The position numbers were made by a program, and so were the translations under genes. A stretch of 32,656 nucleotides of DNA from Armatimonadota bacterium (GTDB taxonomy: Bacteria; Sysuimicrobiota; Sysuimicrobiia; Sysuimicrobiales; Kaftiobacteriaceae). Of the stretch, positions 9,050 to 18,414 are shown in pieces; within the stretch, counting starts at the first letter, position 1; every line of letters starts with the position of its first letter. The stretch is from contig JACPRY010000012.1 of NCBI GenBank assembly GCA_016193565.1, forward strand, positions 1-32,656, read 5' to 3'. A model generated the notes under the pieces. That model was not told where the DNA came from. It saw nothing but the letters and a program-made list of their open reading frames with translations, and did not search any database.

Positions 9050-9555
9050 TACCTGTCAGTGACGGTGGGATCGATGAGGAAGAGAGGTTGTCCGAACTCA
9101 ACAGGCGCGGCGTTTTCGACGAGCACCCTGACGACGCGGCCGCGCATCTCGCTCTGAATCTCGTTGAACAGTTTCATCGCTTCGATAATGCACACCGTCT
9201 GGCCGGGCTCCACGACGTCGCCCTCCGACACGAACGGAGGCGCGTCGGGGTTCGGCGCGCGGAAGAAGGTCCCAACCATCGGTGCTGAGATGGGCGTGAG
9301 GTGGTCGACGGCGGCGGCAGGAACCGGCGCAGTCGGCTGCGGGGCCGGCACCGTCATGTGCAGCGTCTGTGTGGGCGCTTCTGTCCCTGGATTCCCCGCC
9401 GTCGCCGTGGCACGCAAGGCGCCCGCCACCTTCTTCACCGAGACCTTGAGCGTGGGCGACTCCACTTCGAGCTCGGCGATGTCGTCCGATTCGCTGAGGA
9501 GCCGGATCACCGCTCGGATCTGGTCGAGGTCAAATTTCTGATCGCTCACATGCAT
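9049..9555 (-). CDS. accB: acetyl-CoA carboxylase biotin carboxyl carrier protein
   Basis: Biotinyl-lysine motif EAMKLFNEI, Pro/Ala linker, C-terminal lipoyl-like fold. A GTG start 6 nt downstream (M-SDQKF...) is better spaced from the GAGGAG SD. Confidence 0.9.
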   Translation of the reverse strand: MHVSDQKFDLDQIRAVIRLLSESDDIAELEVESPTLKVSVKKVAGALRATATAGNPGTEAPTQTLHMTVPAPQPTAPVPAAAVDHLTPISAPMVGTFFRAPNPDAPPFVSEGDVVEPGQTVCIIEAMKLFNEIQSEMRGRVVRVLVENAAPVEFGQPLFLIDPTVTDR

Positions 9556-9563
9556 CTCCTCGA

Positions 9564-10541
9564 TTAGATCTTCGCCGTCTCCACAGCCCCCAGTGTCCTG
9601 AACTTGGCGTAGCGGCGCTCCAGCAGCGCCTCCACCGGCGTCTCTCGGAGGGCAGGGAGGTGGCGCTGCAGCGCCGCGCGGACCGCTCCCACGGCGGCAT
9701 CAGGATCGCGGTGCGCGCCCCCGAACGGCTCGGGGAGAATCTCGTCCACGATCTCAAGCGCCTGCAGATCTTTCGCCGTGAGTCGCAGTGCCTCGGCTGC
9801 CTGCGCGGCCTTTGATGCGTCGTGCCACAGGATGGCCGCGCAGCCCTCCGGGGAGATCACGGTGTAAATGGCATACTGCAGCATGAGGGTGAGATCCCCC
9901 ACGGCGATCGCGAGCGCGCCCCCGCTGCCTCCCTCGCCCGTGATGACGACGATCACCGGCGTGCGAAGACGGCTCATCTCCTCGATGTTGCGCGCAATCG
10001 CCTCGGCCTGGCCCCGTTCCTCGGCTTCATCCCCAGGGAATGCCCCGGGCGTATCCACGAAGGCGATGACCGGGTAGTGGAACTTCTCGCCCACCCGCAT
10101 GGCCCGCAGGGCTTTGCGGTACCCCTCCGGGTAGGGCATGCCGAAGTTCCTCGCGATGTTCTCCTTCGTGTCCTTTCCTTTATTATGGCCGATCACGACG
10201 ACCGGCTGGCCGTCGAAGCGCGCGAGTGCCGCCAGCATCGCCGGGTCGTCTCGGAAGAGCCGGTCGCCGTGGAGCTCAATGACGTCGGTGAACAGCGACG
10301 CGACCAGATCGAGAAGCCTCGGGCGCTGGGGGTGCCGGGCCAGCTGCACGACGTGCCAGGGCGTCGGATTCGTGTAGATCTTCCTGCGGACGTCTTCGGC
10401 ACGGGCGTCGAGCGTGGCGATCTCCCCGGCGAGATCGATCGATTGCTCTCGCGAGAGCCGTCGGAGCCGTTCGATCTCCGCCTCGAGGTCTCCGAGCTGC
10501 CGGTCGAGGTCCGAGGACGGGCCGGGTGTGGACGTGATCAT
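9564..10541 (-). CDS. accA: acetyl-CoA carboxylase carboxyltransferase subunit alpha
   Basis: Track ORF 9564..10880 trimmed to [15 protein letters not shown]... The ATG overlaps the accD stop (ATGA). Conserved VIGHNKGKDTKE / FGMP.PEGYRKALR motifs. Confidence 0.9.
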   Translation of the reverse strand: MITSTPGPSSDLDRQLGDLEAEIERLRRLSREQSIDLAGEIATLDARAEDVRRKIYTNPTPWHVVQLARHPQRPRLLDLVASLFTDVIELHGDRLFRDDPAMLAALARFDGQPVVVIGHNKGKDTKENIARNFGMPYPEGYRKALRAMRVGEKFHYPVIAFVDTPGAFPGDEAEERGQAEAIARNIEEMSRLRTPVIVVITGEGGSGGALAIAVGDLTLMLQYAIYTVISPEGCAAILWHDASKAAQAAEALRLTAKDLQALEIVDEILPEPFGGAHRDPDAAVGAVRAALQRHLPALRETPVEALLERRYAKFRTLGAVETAKI

Positions 10542-11461
10542 CAGCCCTCCGCCGCGGATCCGCCGGAGCGGGACTCTGCGACTTGTGGAGTCTCCGTGCG
10601 AGCGGGCGCCTCGACAGACACCGCTTCGACTTTCGGCGCGCCGAAGAAACTCAACAGGCGGGCGACGGTCGAGCGCATCTCGGATCGCGGCACCACCATG
10701 TCGAGGAGGCCCTTCTTCAGGCAGAACTCCGCGGTCTGAAAATCGTCTGGCAGCTTGCGGCGAATTGTTTGTTCGATCACCCGCCGGCCGGCGAACCCGA
10801 TGAGCGCGCCCGGCTCGGCCAGAACCACATCGCCCAGGAACGCGAAGCTCGCGGTGACGCCCCCGGTTGTCGGATCGCACATCACGGAGAGATAGGGGAG
10901 TCCGGCATCGTGCAGCCGGCCGATCGCCGCGCTGGTCTTCGCCAGCTGCATCAGCGACAGCGCGCCCTCCTGCATGCGTGCGCCGCCCGACGCGGAGAAG
11001 ATGACCAGGGGCAACCGCCGGTCGCGCGCCTGTTCTGCTGCCCGGGCCACCTTCTCGCCGACCGCCGATCCCATCGACCCGCCCATGAAGTGAAAGTCGA
11101 GCGCGCCGATGACCGTGCGATACCCTTCGATCGTGCCGTCGCCGGTGATGACGGCCTCCGGCCGGCCGGTCTTCTGCCTGGCTTCGTTGAGTTTCTGCGG
11201 GTAGCCCTCGAACTTGAGCGGATCGGCCGAGGTCAGGTCGGCGTCGAACTCAGCGAAACTATCCTCATCGAGCGTGATCTCGAGACGCTCGATCGCGGGC
11301 AGCCGGTGGTGATAGGCGCACTTGGGGCAGACTTTGAGGTTGCGCTCGAGCTCTTTGCGGTAAATGAGGTTGGTGCAGCGCGGACACTTCGCCCACAATC
11401 CCGCGGGCATCTCGCGCCGCTGCAGCGACCTGTATTTGGGGCGCCGGAGCCAGTTCAACAC
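10541..11461 (-). CDS. accD: acetyl-CoA carboxylase carboxyltransferase subunit beta
   Basis: Zn-finger CPRC...CPKC plus carboxyltransferase domain. Start placed at the GTG giving [12 protein letters not shown] (typical AccD N-terminus), with GGAGTGG SD. The longer track ORF runs through the repeat array with AT-ending codons and is rejected. Confidence 0.85.
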   Translation of the reverse strand: MLNWLRRPKYRSLQRREMPAGLWAKCPRCTNLIYRKELERNLKVCPKCAYHHRLPAIERLEITLDEDSFAEFDADLTSADPLKFEGYPQKLNEARQKTGRPEAVITGDGTIEGYRTVIGALDFHFMGGSMGSAVGEKVARAAEQARDRRLPLVIFSASGGARMQEGALSLMQLAKTSAAIGRLHDAGLPYLSVMCDPTTGGVTASFAFLGDVVLAEPGALIGFAGRRVIEQTIRRKLPDDFQTAEFCLKKGLLDMVVPRSEMRSTVARLLSFFGAPKVEAVSVEAPARTETPQVAESRSGGSAAEG

Positions 11462-11509
11462 AGCGTGCGCACCACTCCGAAGAGGGGAGATGGGTGTTAC
11501 GTCTGTTCG

Positions 11510-11515
11510 ATTATA
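11510..11515 (-). promoter_or_regulatory. perfect TATAAT -10 hexamer (minus strand), about 40 nt upstream of the accD start
   Basis: Reverse complement of ATTATA at 11510-11515. Flanks the heptamer array on its left side. Confidence 0.45.
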
Positions 11516-11531
11516 ACGTAGAAATGGCCTG

Positions 11532-11559
11532 CCGTTACCGTTCCCCGTTCCCGGTTCCC
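11532..11559. repeat. tandem heptamer array (CGTTCCC-like x4; GGGAACN on the other strand)
   Basis: ccgttac/cgttccc/cgttccc/ggttccc. Sits centrally between the divergent accD and htrA genes, each side flanked by a perfect TATAAT. Confidence 0.75.
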
Positions 11560-11572
11560 AGGTCGCGTAGTC

Positions 11573-11578
11573 TATAAT
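11573..11578 (+). promoter_or_regulatory. perfect TATAAT -10 hexamer for htrA
   Basis: 13 nt after the last heptamer. AAGGAGG SD and ATG follow 27 nt downstream. Confidence 0.5.
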
Positions 11579-11604
11579 GAAGTGCACTCAAGGAGGTTTC
11601 ACCC

Positions 11605-12732
11605 ATGAATGCACGCGCCACTCCCGGCGCTATCCTGCTCGTGCTCATTGCCGTCGCCGTCATTGGAGGCGCGCTCGGCAGTTCGGTCCTGCCGCGCGTG
11701 CCGTTCCTCTCCGCGCTGTCCCAGTCCGCACCGTCGGCGGCGTCACCGGCACCTCCGTCCGCGGCCGCACCGAGCGCACCCACGCAGACCACGCCGCGCG
11801 TCGTCGAGCGTGAGGAATCGGTCGTCATCCGCGCCGCGGATCGGGTCCGGCCGGCTGTGGTCAACATCGATACGGTCGCGCAGGTGCAGACGGTCTTCGG
11901 CATCTTCCCACAGGAAGGCGCGGGCTCCGGTGTGATCGTCAGCCCCGACGGCTACATTCTGACGAATAATCATGTGGTCGAGACCGCCCAGCAAATCAAG
12001 GTCACCCTGCTGTCGGGGAAGACCCTCCCGGCGCGGGTCATCGGGACCGACCGGTTCTCCGATCTCGCAGTGGTGAAAGTAGAGATGTCCGGGCTGCCGG
12101 CCGCCACGCTCGGCCGTTCCAGCGCGCTGCGGGTGGGGCAGATGGCGATCGCGATCGGGAACCCGTTCGGTCTCGGGCACACGGTGACGGTGGGGGTCAT
12201 CAGCGCGCTGAACCGCAATATCCGCGTGCCAAACCTCATCATCGAGAACCTGGTTCAGACCGACGCCGCGATCAACCCCGGAAACAGCGGCGGCGCGCTG
12301 GTGGACAGCAGAGGCGAGGTCATCGGCATCAACACCGCGATCGTGCGGGACGCGCAGGGCATCGGTTTCGCCATCCCCATCGACACGGCGCGCGCGATCA
12401 TGGACCAGCTGATCCGGCAGCAGCGGGTCGTGCGTCCCTACGTCGGCGTGGTGTGGGGCGGCGATGTCGATGCGAACATCGCGCGACAATACAACCTGCC
12501 CGTCGACCACGGCGTCATCGTCCGCGACGTCGATCAGAACGGGCCGGCCGCCGCGGCAGGGATCCGGCCCGAAGACATCATCATCTCGCTCGACCGCGCG
12601 CCGGTCGCCAACTGGAACGACTTCATCCGCGCGCTCTTCAACAAGCGCCCCGGCGATGCGGTTCGCATCGAGGTCGTGCGCAACGGAATCCGCAGAACGT
12701 TCACGGTGAGACTCACTGAGCGCACCCAATAA
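11605..12732 (+). CDS. htrA: HtrA/DegP-family serine protease with PDZ domain (S1C)
   Basis: Signal/TM N-terminus, Pro/Ala-rich linker, catalytic triad context (TNNHVV, D, GNSGGAL), C-terminal PDZ. Confidence 0.9.
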   Translation: MNARATPGAILLVLIAVAVIGGALGSSVLPRVPFLSALSQSAPSAASPAPPSAAAPSAPTQTTPRVVEREESVVIRAADRVRPAVVNIDTVAQVQTVFGIFPQEGAGSGVIVSPDGYILTNNHVVETAQQIKVTLLSGKTLPARVIGTDRFSDLAVVKVEMSGLPAATLGRSSALRVGQMAIAIGNPFGLGHTVTVGVISALNRNIRVPNLIIENLVQTDAAINPGNSGGALVDSRGEVIGINTAIVRDAQGIGFAIPIDTARAIMDQLIRQQRVVRPYVGVVWGGDVDANIARQYNLPVDHGVIVRDVDQNGPAAAAGIRPEDIIISLDRAPVANWNDFIRALFNKRPGDAVRIEVVRNGIRRTFTVRLTERTQ

Positions 12733-12735
12733 CGC

Positions 12736-12766
12736 GTTGAAGGTTGAATGTTGAAGGTTGAAGGTT
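12736..12766. repeat. tandem heptamer array (GTTGAAG/GTTGAAT x4)
   Basis: Starts 3 nt after the htrA stop and overlaps the argS start codon (ATG 12748). Confidence 0.7.
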
Positions 12767-14523
12767 ACACATTCGATCGAGCAAAGCGCGAGGCTGTGGA
12801 GGCGGTCCAGGCCGCGCTCGGCGAGCCCGCTGAACTGACCACCGCACTGCCTCCCGCCGAAGTCGACGCCGATCTCGCCATTCCGTGCTTCCCGCTCGCC
12901 GCACAGCGTCGCAAGTCGCCGCCTGAGATCGCCGGCGAGCTGGCCCGATCCGTGCGGCCCGGTCCGCTGCTGGCCGGTGCGCAGGCCGCCGGCGGCTATC
13001 TCAACTTCACGCTGGCACGCCCCGCCTTTGCCGCAGGCGTGATGGCCGATCTCATCCGCGGCGGCGACCGCTACGGCACCAGCGAGGTCGGGGCCGGGCG
13101 CACGGTCGTCATCGATTACTCGGCGCCCAATGTGGCGCGACAGATGTCCGTGGGGCACCTGCGCTCGACGATCATCGGCGCCGCGCTGGTCAACCTGCAC
13201 CGTCACACCGGGTACCGGCCGGTTGGGGACAACCACCTCGGGGACTGGGGAACGCAGTTCGGCACGCTGCTGTACGCGTACGCGCACTGGCTGGACCGGG
13301 AGGCGTACGAGCGGGATCCCATCGCAGAACTGCTGCGGTTATACGTCATGTTTGACGAGGAGGCGCGAAAGGATCCGGCGCTCCGGGAACGAGCGCGCGA
13401 ATGGTCGTTGAAACTGGAGCGCGGCGACCCGGAGGCCCGGACGCTGTGGCAGGAGTTCGTCCGCCACAGCCTGGTGGAGTTCCAGAAGACCTACGACCTG
13501 CTCGAGGTACGGTTCGACCACACGTTGGGCGAAAGCTTCTACGAGGACAAGATGGAGGAAGTGATCTCACAGGCCCGGCAGAACGGGGTGGCCACCACCG
13601 ACGGCGGGGCAGTGATCATCCGTTTGGACGACGCCGGCATCACGACACCACTCATCTTGCAACGCAGCGATGGGGCGACGCTCTATGCGACGCGAGATCT
13701 GGCCACCGCCGTCTACCGCATCCGAACCTTCCGACCGGCAAAGATTCTGTACGTCGTCGGATCAGACCAGCGTCTGCACTTCCGTCAGCTGTTCGAGGCC
13801 TTGAAGAAGCTCGGCCACGGTGACGTGGAGTACGTGCACGTGGACTTCGGGCTGGTCCGGCTGCCCGAGGGGCGCATGAGCACACGGCGCGGACGCGTCG
13901 TGTTTCTCCAGGAGGTGCTCGAGGAAGCGATCGATCGGGCGCGCGCGCTCGTCGACGAGAAGAACCCCGAACTGCCGGAGGCGGAGCGCCGCGAGGTCGC
14001 CCGCATCGTAGGCGTCGGCGCGATCAAGTACGCCGATCTCTCGCAGAACCGGGTGAAGAACATCGTCTTCGATTGGGACCGCATGCTGGCGCTGGACGGC
14101 GACAGCGCCCCGTACCTGCAGTACACGTACGTGCGGGCGCGGGGCATCATCCGGAAGGGCGGGGACGTTGCGCTCGACGTCCCGTTCGACGGCCGGGCCG
14201 CGGCGTCAGCGCAGGAGTGGGCCCTGATCAAACACCTCGCGCGGTTCCCTGACGCCGTCCATGAGGCGACCCGTGCGTACTACCCGCATGTCGTGGCCAA
14301 CCATCTCTTCCAGCTCGCCCAGCTCTTCCACGCCTTCTACCAGGAGATCCCGGTGCTGCAGGCCGAGGACAACGGTCTTCGCTGGAGCCGCCAGCAGCTG
14401 GTCTGGGGCGTAGCCACCGTCATGCGCACCGGCCTCGGCCTCCTGGGCATTCGCGTCCCGGAGCGCATGTATTCCCGGTTCCCGGTTCCCGGAATCGGTC
14501 ATGGAGCAAAATGCCGGGTATAA
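12748..14523 (+). CDS. argS: arginine--tRNA ligase
   Basis: Class I aaRS with ArgRS add-1 N-domain, HIGH-region variant SAPNVARQMSVGHLRS, DALR anticodon-binding domain. Canonical C-terminus ...ERM is followed by a 17-aa tail translated from the heptamer array. Confidence 0.9.
   Translation: MLKVEGYTFDRAKREAVEAVQAALGEPAELTTALPPAEVDADLAIPCFPLAAQRRKSPPEIAGELARSVRPGPLLAGAQAAGGYLNFTLARPAFAAGVMADLIRGGDRYGTSEVGAGRTVVIDYSAPNVARQMSVGHLRSTIIGAALVNLHRHTGYRPVGDNHLGDWGTQFGTLLYAYAHWLDREAYERDPIAELLRLYVMFDEEARKDPALRERAREWSLKLERGDPEARTLWQEFVRHSLVEFQKTYDLLEVRFDHTLGESFYEDKMEEVISQARQNGVATTDGGAVIIRLDDAGITTPLILQRSDGATLYATRDLATAVYRIRTFRPAKILYVVGSDQRLHFRQLFEALKKLGHGDVEYVHVDFGLVRLPEGRMSTRRGRVVFLQEVLEEAIDRARALVDEKNPELPEAERREVARIVGVGAIKYADLSQNRVKNIVFDWDRMLALDGDSAPYLQYTYVRARGIIRKGGDVALDVPFDGRAAASAQEWALIKHLARFPDAVHEATRAYYPHVVANHLFQLAQLFHAFYQEIPVLQAEDNGLRWSRQQLVWGVATVMRTGLGLLGIRVPERMYSRFPVPGIGHGAKCRV
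14472..14492. repeat. tandem heptamer array (TTCCCGG x3; CCGGGAA on the other strand)
   Basis: Inside the last 17 codons of argS. Confidence 0.75.
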
Positions 14524-14524
14524 T
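14519..14524 (+). promoter_or_regulatory. perfect TATAAT -10 hexamer (contains the argS stop TAA), 26 nt after the array
   Basis: Would give an approximately 195-nt leader for the SLH-protein gene at 14727. Confidence 0.4.
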
Positions 14525-14726
14525 ACGTAGGTGGAGGGTGTACCGCCTGGGGTCCCGGCAGGAATTGCTGCCTGAGGAGCGAAACCCTCCGACGATTCAG
14601 TTCAAAGCCTCGGAGTTTCGGCGCCCGACGGAGCAGCCTGAGTCACACACCAAACCAGGCACCGGTTTTCGGCAAGGTGCCCGCAACCACCGCCGGTAAT
14701 CCCAAACATCTGATGAACAGAGGTTT

Positions 14727-16001
14727 ATGATGAATCTCTTTGCACGAACAGGTTGGGGTGCCCGCGCGCTCATGCTCGCGGTCGCTTTGATGCTGGCCGC
14801 AGCGCCCGCGTGGGCCGAGATCTTCATCGACATTCAGGGCACCCCCGCGCAGCGGGCGATCGAACGACTGACCGCGAAAGGTCTCTTCCCGCTCCCTGGC
14901 GTGCGTGGAGCGCCGGACAAGTTCAACCCTACTGGGACAGTGACCCGGGCGGACTTCGCGTTCCTTCTCGTGCAGGCCATCGGGGTCGACACGGCAGGGA
15001 TCGTGCTGCCGAAGTTCAAGGACGCGGCTGACATCCCGCAGGTGCAGCAGGGTGCGGTTGCGGCGATCACGAGCCTCGGGAGCGTTTCACCCCAGAAAGT
15101 GGAACTGAAGCGCGGTGGCCTGACCTATACGCTGGCCACGAACAAGGCCGTGTATGGACCGTCGGACTTCGTCGTCATTACACTTACCATTCTCAATACC
15201 ACCGCGAAGGATCTGAAGTTCGAGCACGTCAACTCGCAGCTATACGATTTCATCGTCCGGAGCGCGGAGGGCCAGGAGATCGCGAAGTGGTCGCTTGGCC
15301 GAGCGTTCCTCCCCATGGAGGCGCCGCTCACGCTGACCGCGGGGAAGAAGTTTGAGTGGAACACGCAATGGAAGCAGCTCGATCAGAGCGATGACCCCGT
15401 CGACCCTGGCCGTTACGAGATTATCGGCGTCCATACTACGAAGGCCAACCCGACGTCGCTCTCCCTGTTCTTCAACAAGGGCGTGATGCCGGCGCTGTCA
15501 GACAACACCTTTCGCCCGAAGCAGGAGATGACGCGACTAGACCTGGCCACGGTGACGGCCCGGTCGATCGGTCTGGCCGATGCGGCGCCCTCATCGCTGA
15601 ACGTGACCGACGCTGACAGCATCCCCGCGACTGCTCGCGGCACAGTGGCTGCGGCGCTGGAAAAAGGCATTGTCGCGCCTGTGGGGAACCGGGAGTTCCG
15701 ACCTAATCAGAAGGCCACGCGGAGCGAACTGGCGCAGGCACTGGACGTGTTGATGACTACCCTGAACCGATACAGCTTCAACAGAGGTATGCTTAAGGAT
15801 CCCATCACCGGGAACCCTCCGCAGATCTCTATCGAAGACGAACGCAAGGCGCTGCGCGTATTCCGAGTGGCGCGGTCTCATGCAGTCTACCGGAACGATC
15901 GTCTCGCCGAGTTGCGCGACCTGCGGCCCGGCGACTCGCTCCGTTTCCTGACCAGGGGAGACGTGGGCGATGTTGCCTACATCGAGGCCACAGGGCGCTG
16001 A
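14727..16001 (+). CDS. secreted SLH-domain protein with central BsuPI-like/Ig-like domain
   Basis: Signal peptide; SLH motifs (FxDIxGxxAQRAIERLTAKGL; FRPKQEMTRLDLAT; FRPNQKATRSELAQAL); middle region resembles the BsuPI protease-inhibitor fold (called from memory). Confidence 0.7.
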   Translation: MMNLFARTGWGARALMLAVALMLAAAPAWAEIFIDIQGTPAQRAIERLTAKGLFPLPGVRGAPDKFNPTGTVTRADFAFLLVQAIGVDTAGIVLPKFKDAADIPQVQQGAVAAITSLGSVSPQKVELKRGGLTYTLATNKAVYGPSDFVVITLTILNTTAKDLKFEHVNSQLYDFIVRSAEGQEIAKWSLGRAFLPMEAPLTLTAGKKFEWNTQWKQLDQSDDPVDPGRYEIIGVHTTKANPTSLSLFFNKGVMPALSDNTFRPKQEMTRLDLATVTARSIGLADAAPSSLNVTDADSIPATARGTVAAALEKGIVAPVGNREFRPNQKATRSELAQALDVLMTTLNRYSFNRGMLKDPITGNPPQISIEDERKALRVFRVARSHAVYRNDRLAELRDLRPGDSLRFLTRGDVGDVAYIEATGR

Positions 16002-16006
16002 TACCT

Positions 16007-16678
16007 ATGAAGTTTTTCCTTGATACAGGAAACCTGGAGGAAATTCGGACGGGCGCGGGCTGGGGCATCGTCGACGGCGTCACGACGAATCCGTCTCTCG
16101 CCGGCAAAGAGGGGATGGATTATCGCGATCTCATCCGCGAGATCGCGAAGATGGTCTCGGGTCCGATCTCTGTTGAAACGACGACGAACGATCCCAAGGA
16201 GATGCTTGCGCAGGCGCGCGAGTACGTCACCTGGTCCCAGAACGTCGTCGTCAAGGTGCCGGCCACGGCCGAAGGCATCACGGCGGCGATGGCGCTGCGC
16301 GATCTAGGGATCCGCACCAACGTGACCCTGACGTTCTCCGTAAACCAGGCACTGGTGGCCGCGAAGGCCGGCGCCTACTTCGTCAGCCCGTTCGTGGGAC
16401 GGTTGGACGACATCGGCCACGACGGCATGGAGGTCGTCCGCCAGGCGGTGCAGATCTTCCGGACGTACGGCTTCAAGACGCAGGTCCTGGCCAGCAGCCT
16501 CCGGCATCCGCTGCACGTCACGCAGGCGGCGCTGGCCGGCGCGGATATCGCCACCGTTCCCTTCAAGGTCATGGAGCAGCTGTTCAAGCATCCACTGACT
16601 GAGAGCGGGCAGGCGAAGTTCCTGGCCGACTGGCAGAAGTTGCAGGCAGAGCTGGAGAAGAAGAAGGCCAAGGTCTAG
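16007..16678 (+). CDS. fructose-6-phosphate aldolase / small transaldolase (TalC/Fsa family)
   Basis: MKFFLDTGNLEEI...TTNPSL...VKVPAT...Schiff-base Lys region. About 220 aa, typical of the family. Confidence 0.85.
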   Translation: MKFFLDTGNLEEIRTGAGWGIVDGVTTNPSLAGKEGMDYRDLIREIAKMVSGPISVETTTNDPKEMLAQAREYVTWSQNVVVKVPATAEGITAAMALRDLGIRTNVTLTFSVNQALVAAKAGAYFVSPFVGRLDDIGHDGMEVVRQAVQIFRTYGFKTQVLASSLRHPLHVTQAALAGADIATVPFKVMEQLFKHPLTESGQAKFLADWQKLQAELEKKKAKV

Positions 16679-16802
16679 CCCACCCACGACCGAGGCACGC
16701 TCACAAAGAGAGCAGACTTCGAATTGACTCTGCCTGCACAGTCGCATTTCACAATTCGCAATCCGTAAATCTGGCAAGTGACCAGTAGGAGGTGGATCGG
16801 CG

Positions 16803-18065
16803 TTGACCGCCATCGCTGAACTCGAGCAAAAAACTATGGACGAGCTCCAGGATCTCGCCAAGGAGCTCAACATTCCGAACCTGCGTCGCTACCGGAAGCA
16901 GGAGCTGATCATGCGCATTCTGCAGATGCAGACAGAGCAGTCGGGGCTGATGTTCCGGGCCGGCATCCTGGAGATCATGGCCGAAGGGTACGGCTTCCTC
17001 CGCCACGAGGGCTACCTGCCGGGGTCCGAAGACATCTACGTCTCTCCTTCGCAGATCAAACGGTTCGGCCTGCGCGTGGGCGACGAGGTGTTGGGTCAGG
17101 TGCGGCCGCCCAAGGACAACGAGAAGTACTACGCCCTCCTGCGCGTCGAGGCGGTCAACGGACTCGATCCGGAGCAGGCGCGCAACCGGCCGGACTTCGA
17201 GCGGCTCACCCCCGTCTTCCCGCACGAGCGCGTCAAGCTGGAGAGCGACGCCGACCTCACGACACGCATGGTGGACCTGTTCGCGCCGATCGGCAAAGGC
17301 CAGCGCGCGATGATCGTCTCACCGCCGAAAGCCGGCAAGACGACAATCCTGAAGAAGATCGGCCAGGCCGTCGTTTCCAATTATCCTGAGATCTACCTCA
17401 TGGTCCTGCTGCTCGATGAGCGGCCGGAAGAGGTCACCGACATGCGCCGGTCGGTCGAGGCCGAAGTCGTCGCGTCGACATTTGACCGGCCGCCGGAGGA
17501 GCACATTCAGGTGGCCGATCTGGTCCTCGAGCGGTCGAAGCGCCTGGTCGAAGGTGGCCGTGATGTGTTCATTCTGCTGGATAGCCTCACCCGATTTTCC
17601 CGTGCCAACAACCTGGTAATTCCGCCTTCGGGCCGGACGCTGTCGGGCGGGCTCGATCCTGCGGCCCTGCACCGTCCGAAGCGCTTCTTCGGCGCGGCCC
17701 GGAAGATCGAGGAGGGCGGGAGCCTGACGATCACTGCCACGGCGCTGGTCGACACCGGCAGCCGGATGGACGATCACATCTACGAAGAGTTCAAGGGCAC
17801 TGGCAACATGGAGATGCACCTCAGCCGCAAGCTCCAGGAGCGCCGCACCTTCCCGGCGATCGACATCAAGATGAGCAGCACCCGGCGGGAGGAGCTCCTG
17901 CTGACCGAGGATGAGTTGCGCAAGGTCTGGGTGCTCCGCAAGAGCCTCGAGCAGCTGGACAGCGTGGCGATGACCGAGCTCATCCTGGACCGGCTGCGCA
18001 AGACTTCCAACAACCAGCAGTTCCTGAAATCCATCGTAAAGAGCGCCGAAGAGGACCTCCAGTAA
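16803..18065 (+). CDS. rho: transcription termination factor Rho
   Basis: N-terminal RNA-binding OB domain ([11 protein letters not shown]), Walker A PPKAGKTT, RecA-like ATPase core. TTG start with AGGAGG SD 11 nt upstream. Confidence 0.92.
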   Translation: MTAIAELEQKTMDELQDLAKELNIPNLRRYRKQELIMRILQMQTEQSGLMFRAGILEIMAEGYGFLRHEGYLPGSEDIYVSPSQIKRFGLRVGDEVLGQVRPPKDNEKYYALLRVEAVNGLDPEQARNRPDFERLTPVFPHERVKLESDADLTTRMVDLFAPIGKGQRAMIVSPPKAGKTTILKKIGQAVVSNYPEIYLMVLLLDERPEEVTDMRRSVEAEVVASTFDRPPEEHIQVADLVLERSKRLVEGGRDVFILLDSLTRFSRANNLVIPPSGRTLSGGLDPAALHRPKRFFGAARKIEEGGSLTITATALVDTGSRMDDHIYEEFKGTGNMEMHLSRKLQERRTFPAIDIKMSSTRREELLLTEDELRKVWVLRKSLEQLDSVAMTELILDRLRKTSNNQQFLKSIVKSAEEDLQ

Positions 18066-18100
18066 GCCTGTAAACCTCGTCAATCGGACTCCTCCCATAG

Positions 18101-18130
18101 GTATGCCCTGCCACCTCGGCGGGCATAGGG
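18101..18130 (+). terminator. stem-loop TATGCCCTGCC-ACCTC-GGCGGGCATA after rho
   Basis: About 10-bp stem with one bulge, 36 nt after the rho stop. No U-tract. Confidence 0.35.
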
Positions 18131-18414
18131 TAATTGGAATCTCGGGCGTCCATAACCCGTAATTTATGTGCAATTTTGACCGAATTTCGCTCCAGGACCA
18201 TCTCGGATTCGTGAGAAAGAGCGAGAAAACAGGAGAACGGACGAGCAAAGAGCGGTTATTTAGGTCCCCATAATTTCCGGTCTCCTTGGCGTCTAAGAAT
18301 CACCGAAATCGGGCAGGAGACCCGTACGTCGGGGCGAAGTGTGGAATGCCTGGGGCGCACCCCGGAAGTTTGACTCCTGTTCAGGGCAGGGGAATCCGGC
18401 GAGGCAGGTGGAGG

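Noticed and set aside
11462-11587. Extended accD start (GTG 11587) from the ORF track
   Set aside because: The extension has AT-ending codons, runs through the heptamer array and both TATAAT boxes, and precedes the canonical M-LNWLRRPK AccD N-terminus.
11743-13287. 514-aa minus-strand ORF
   Set aside because: Antisense to htrA and argS. Compositional artefact.
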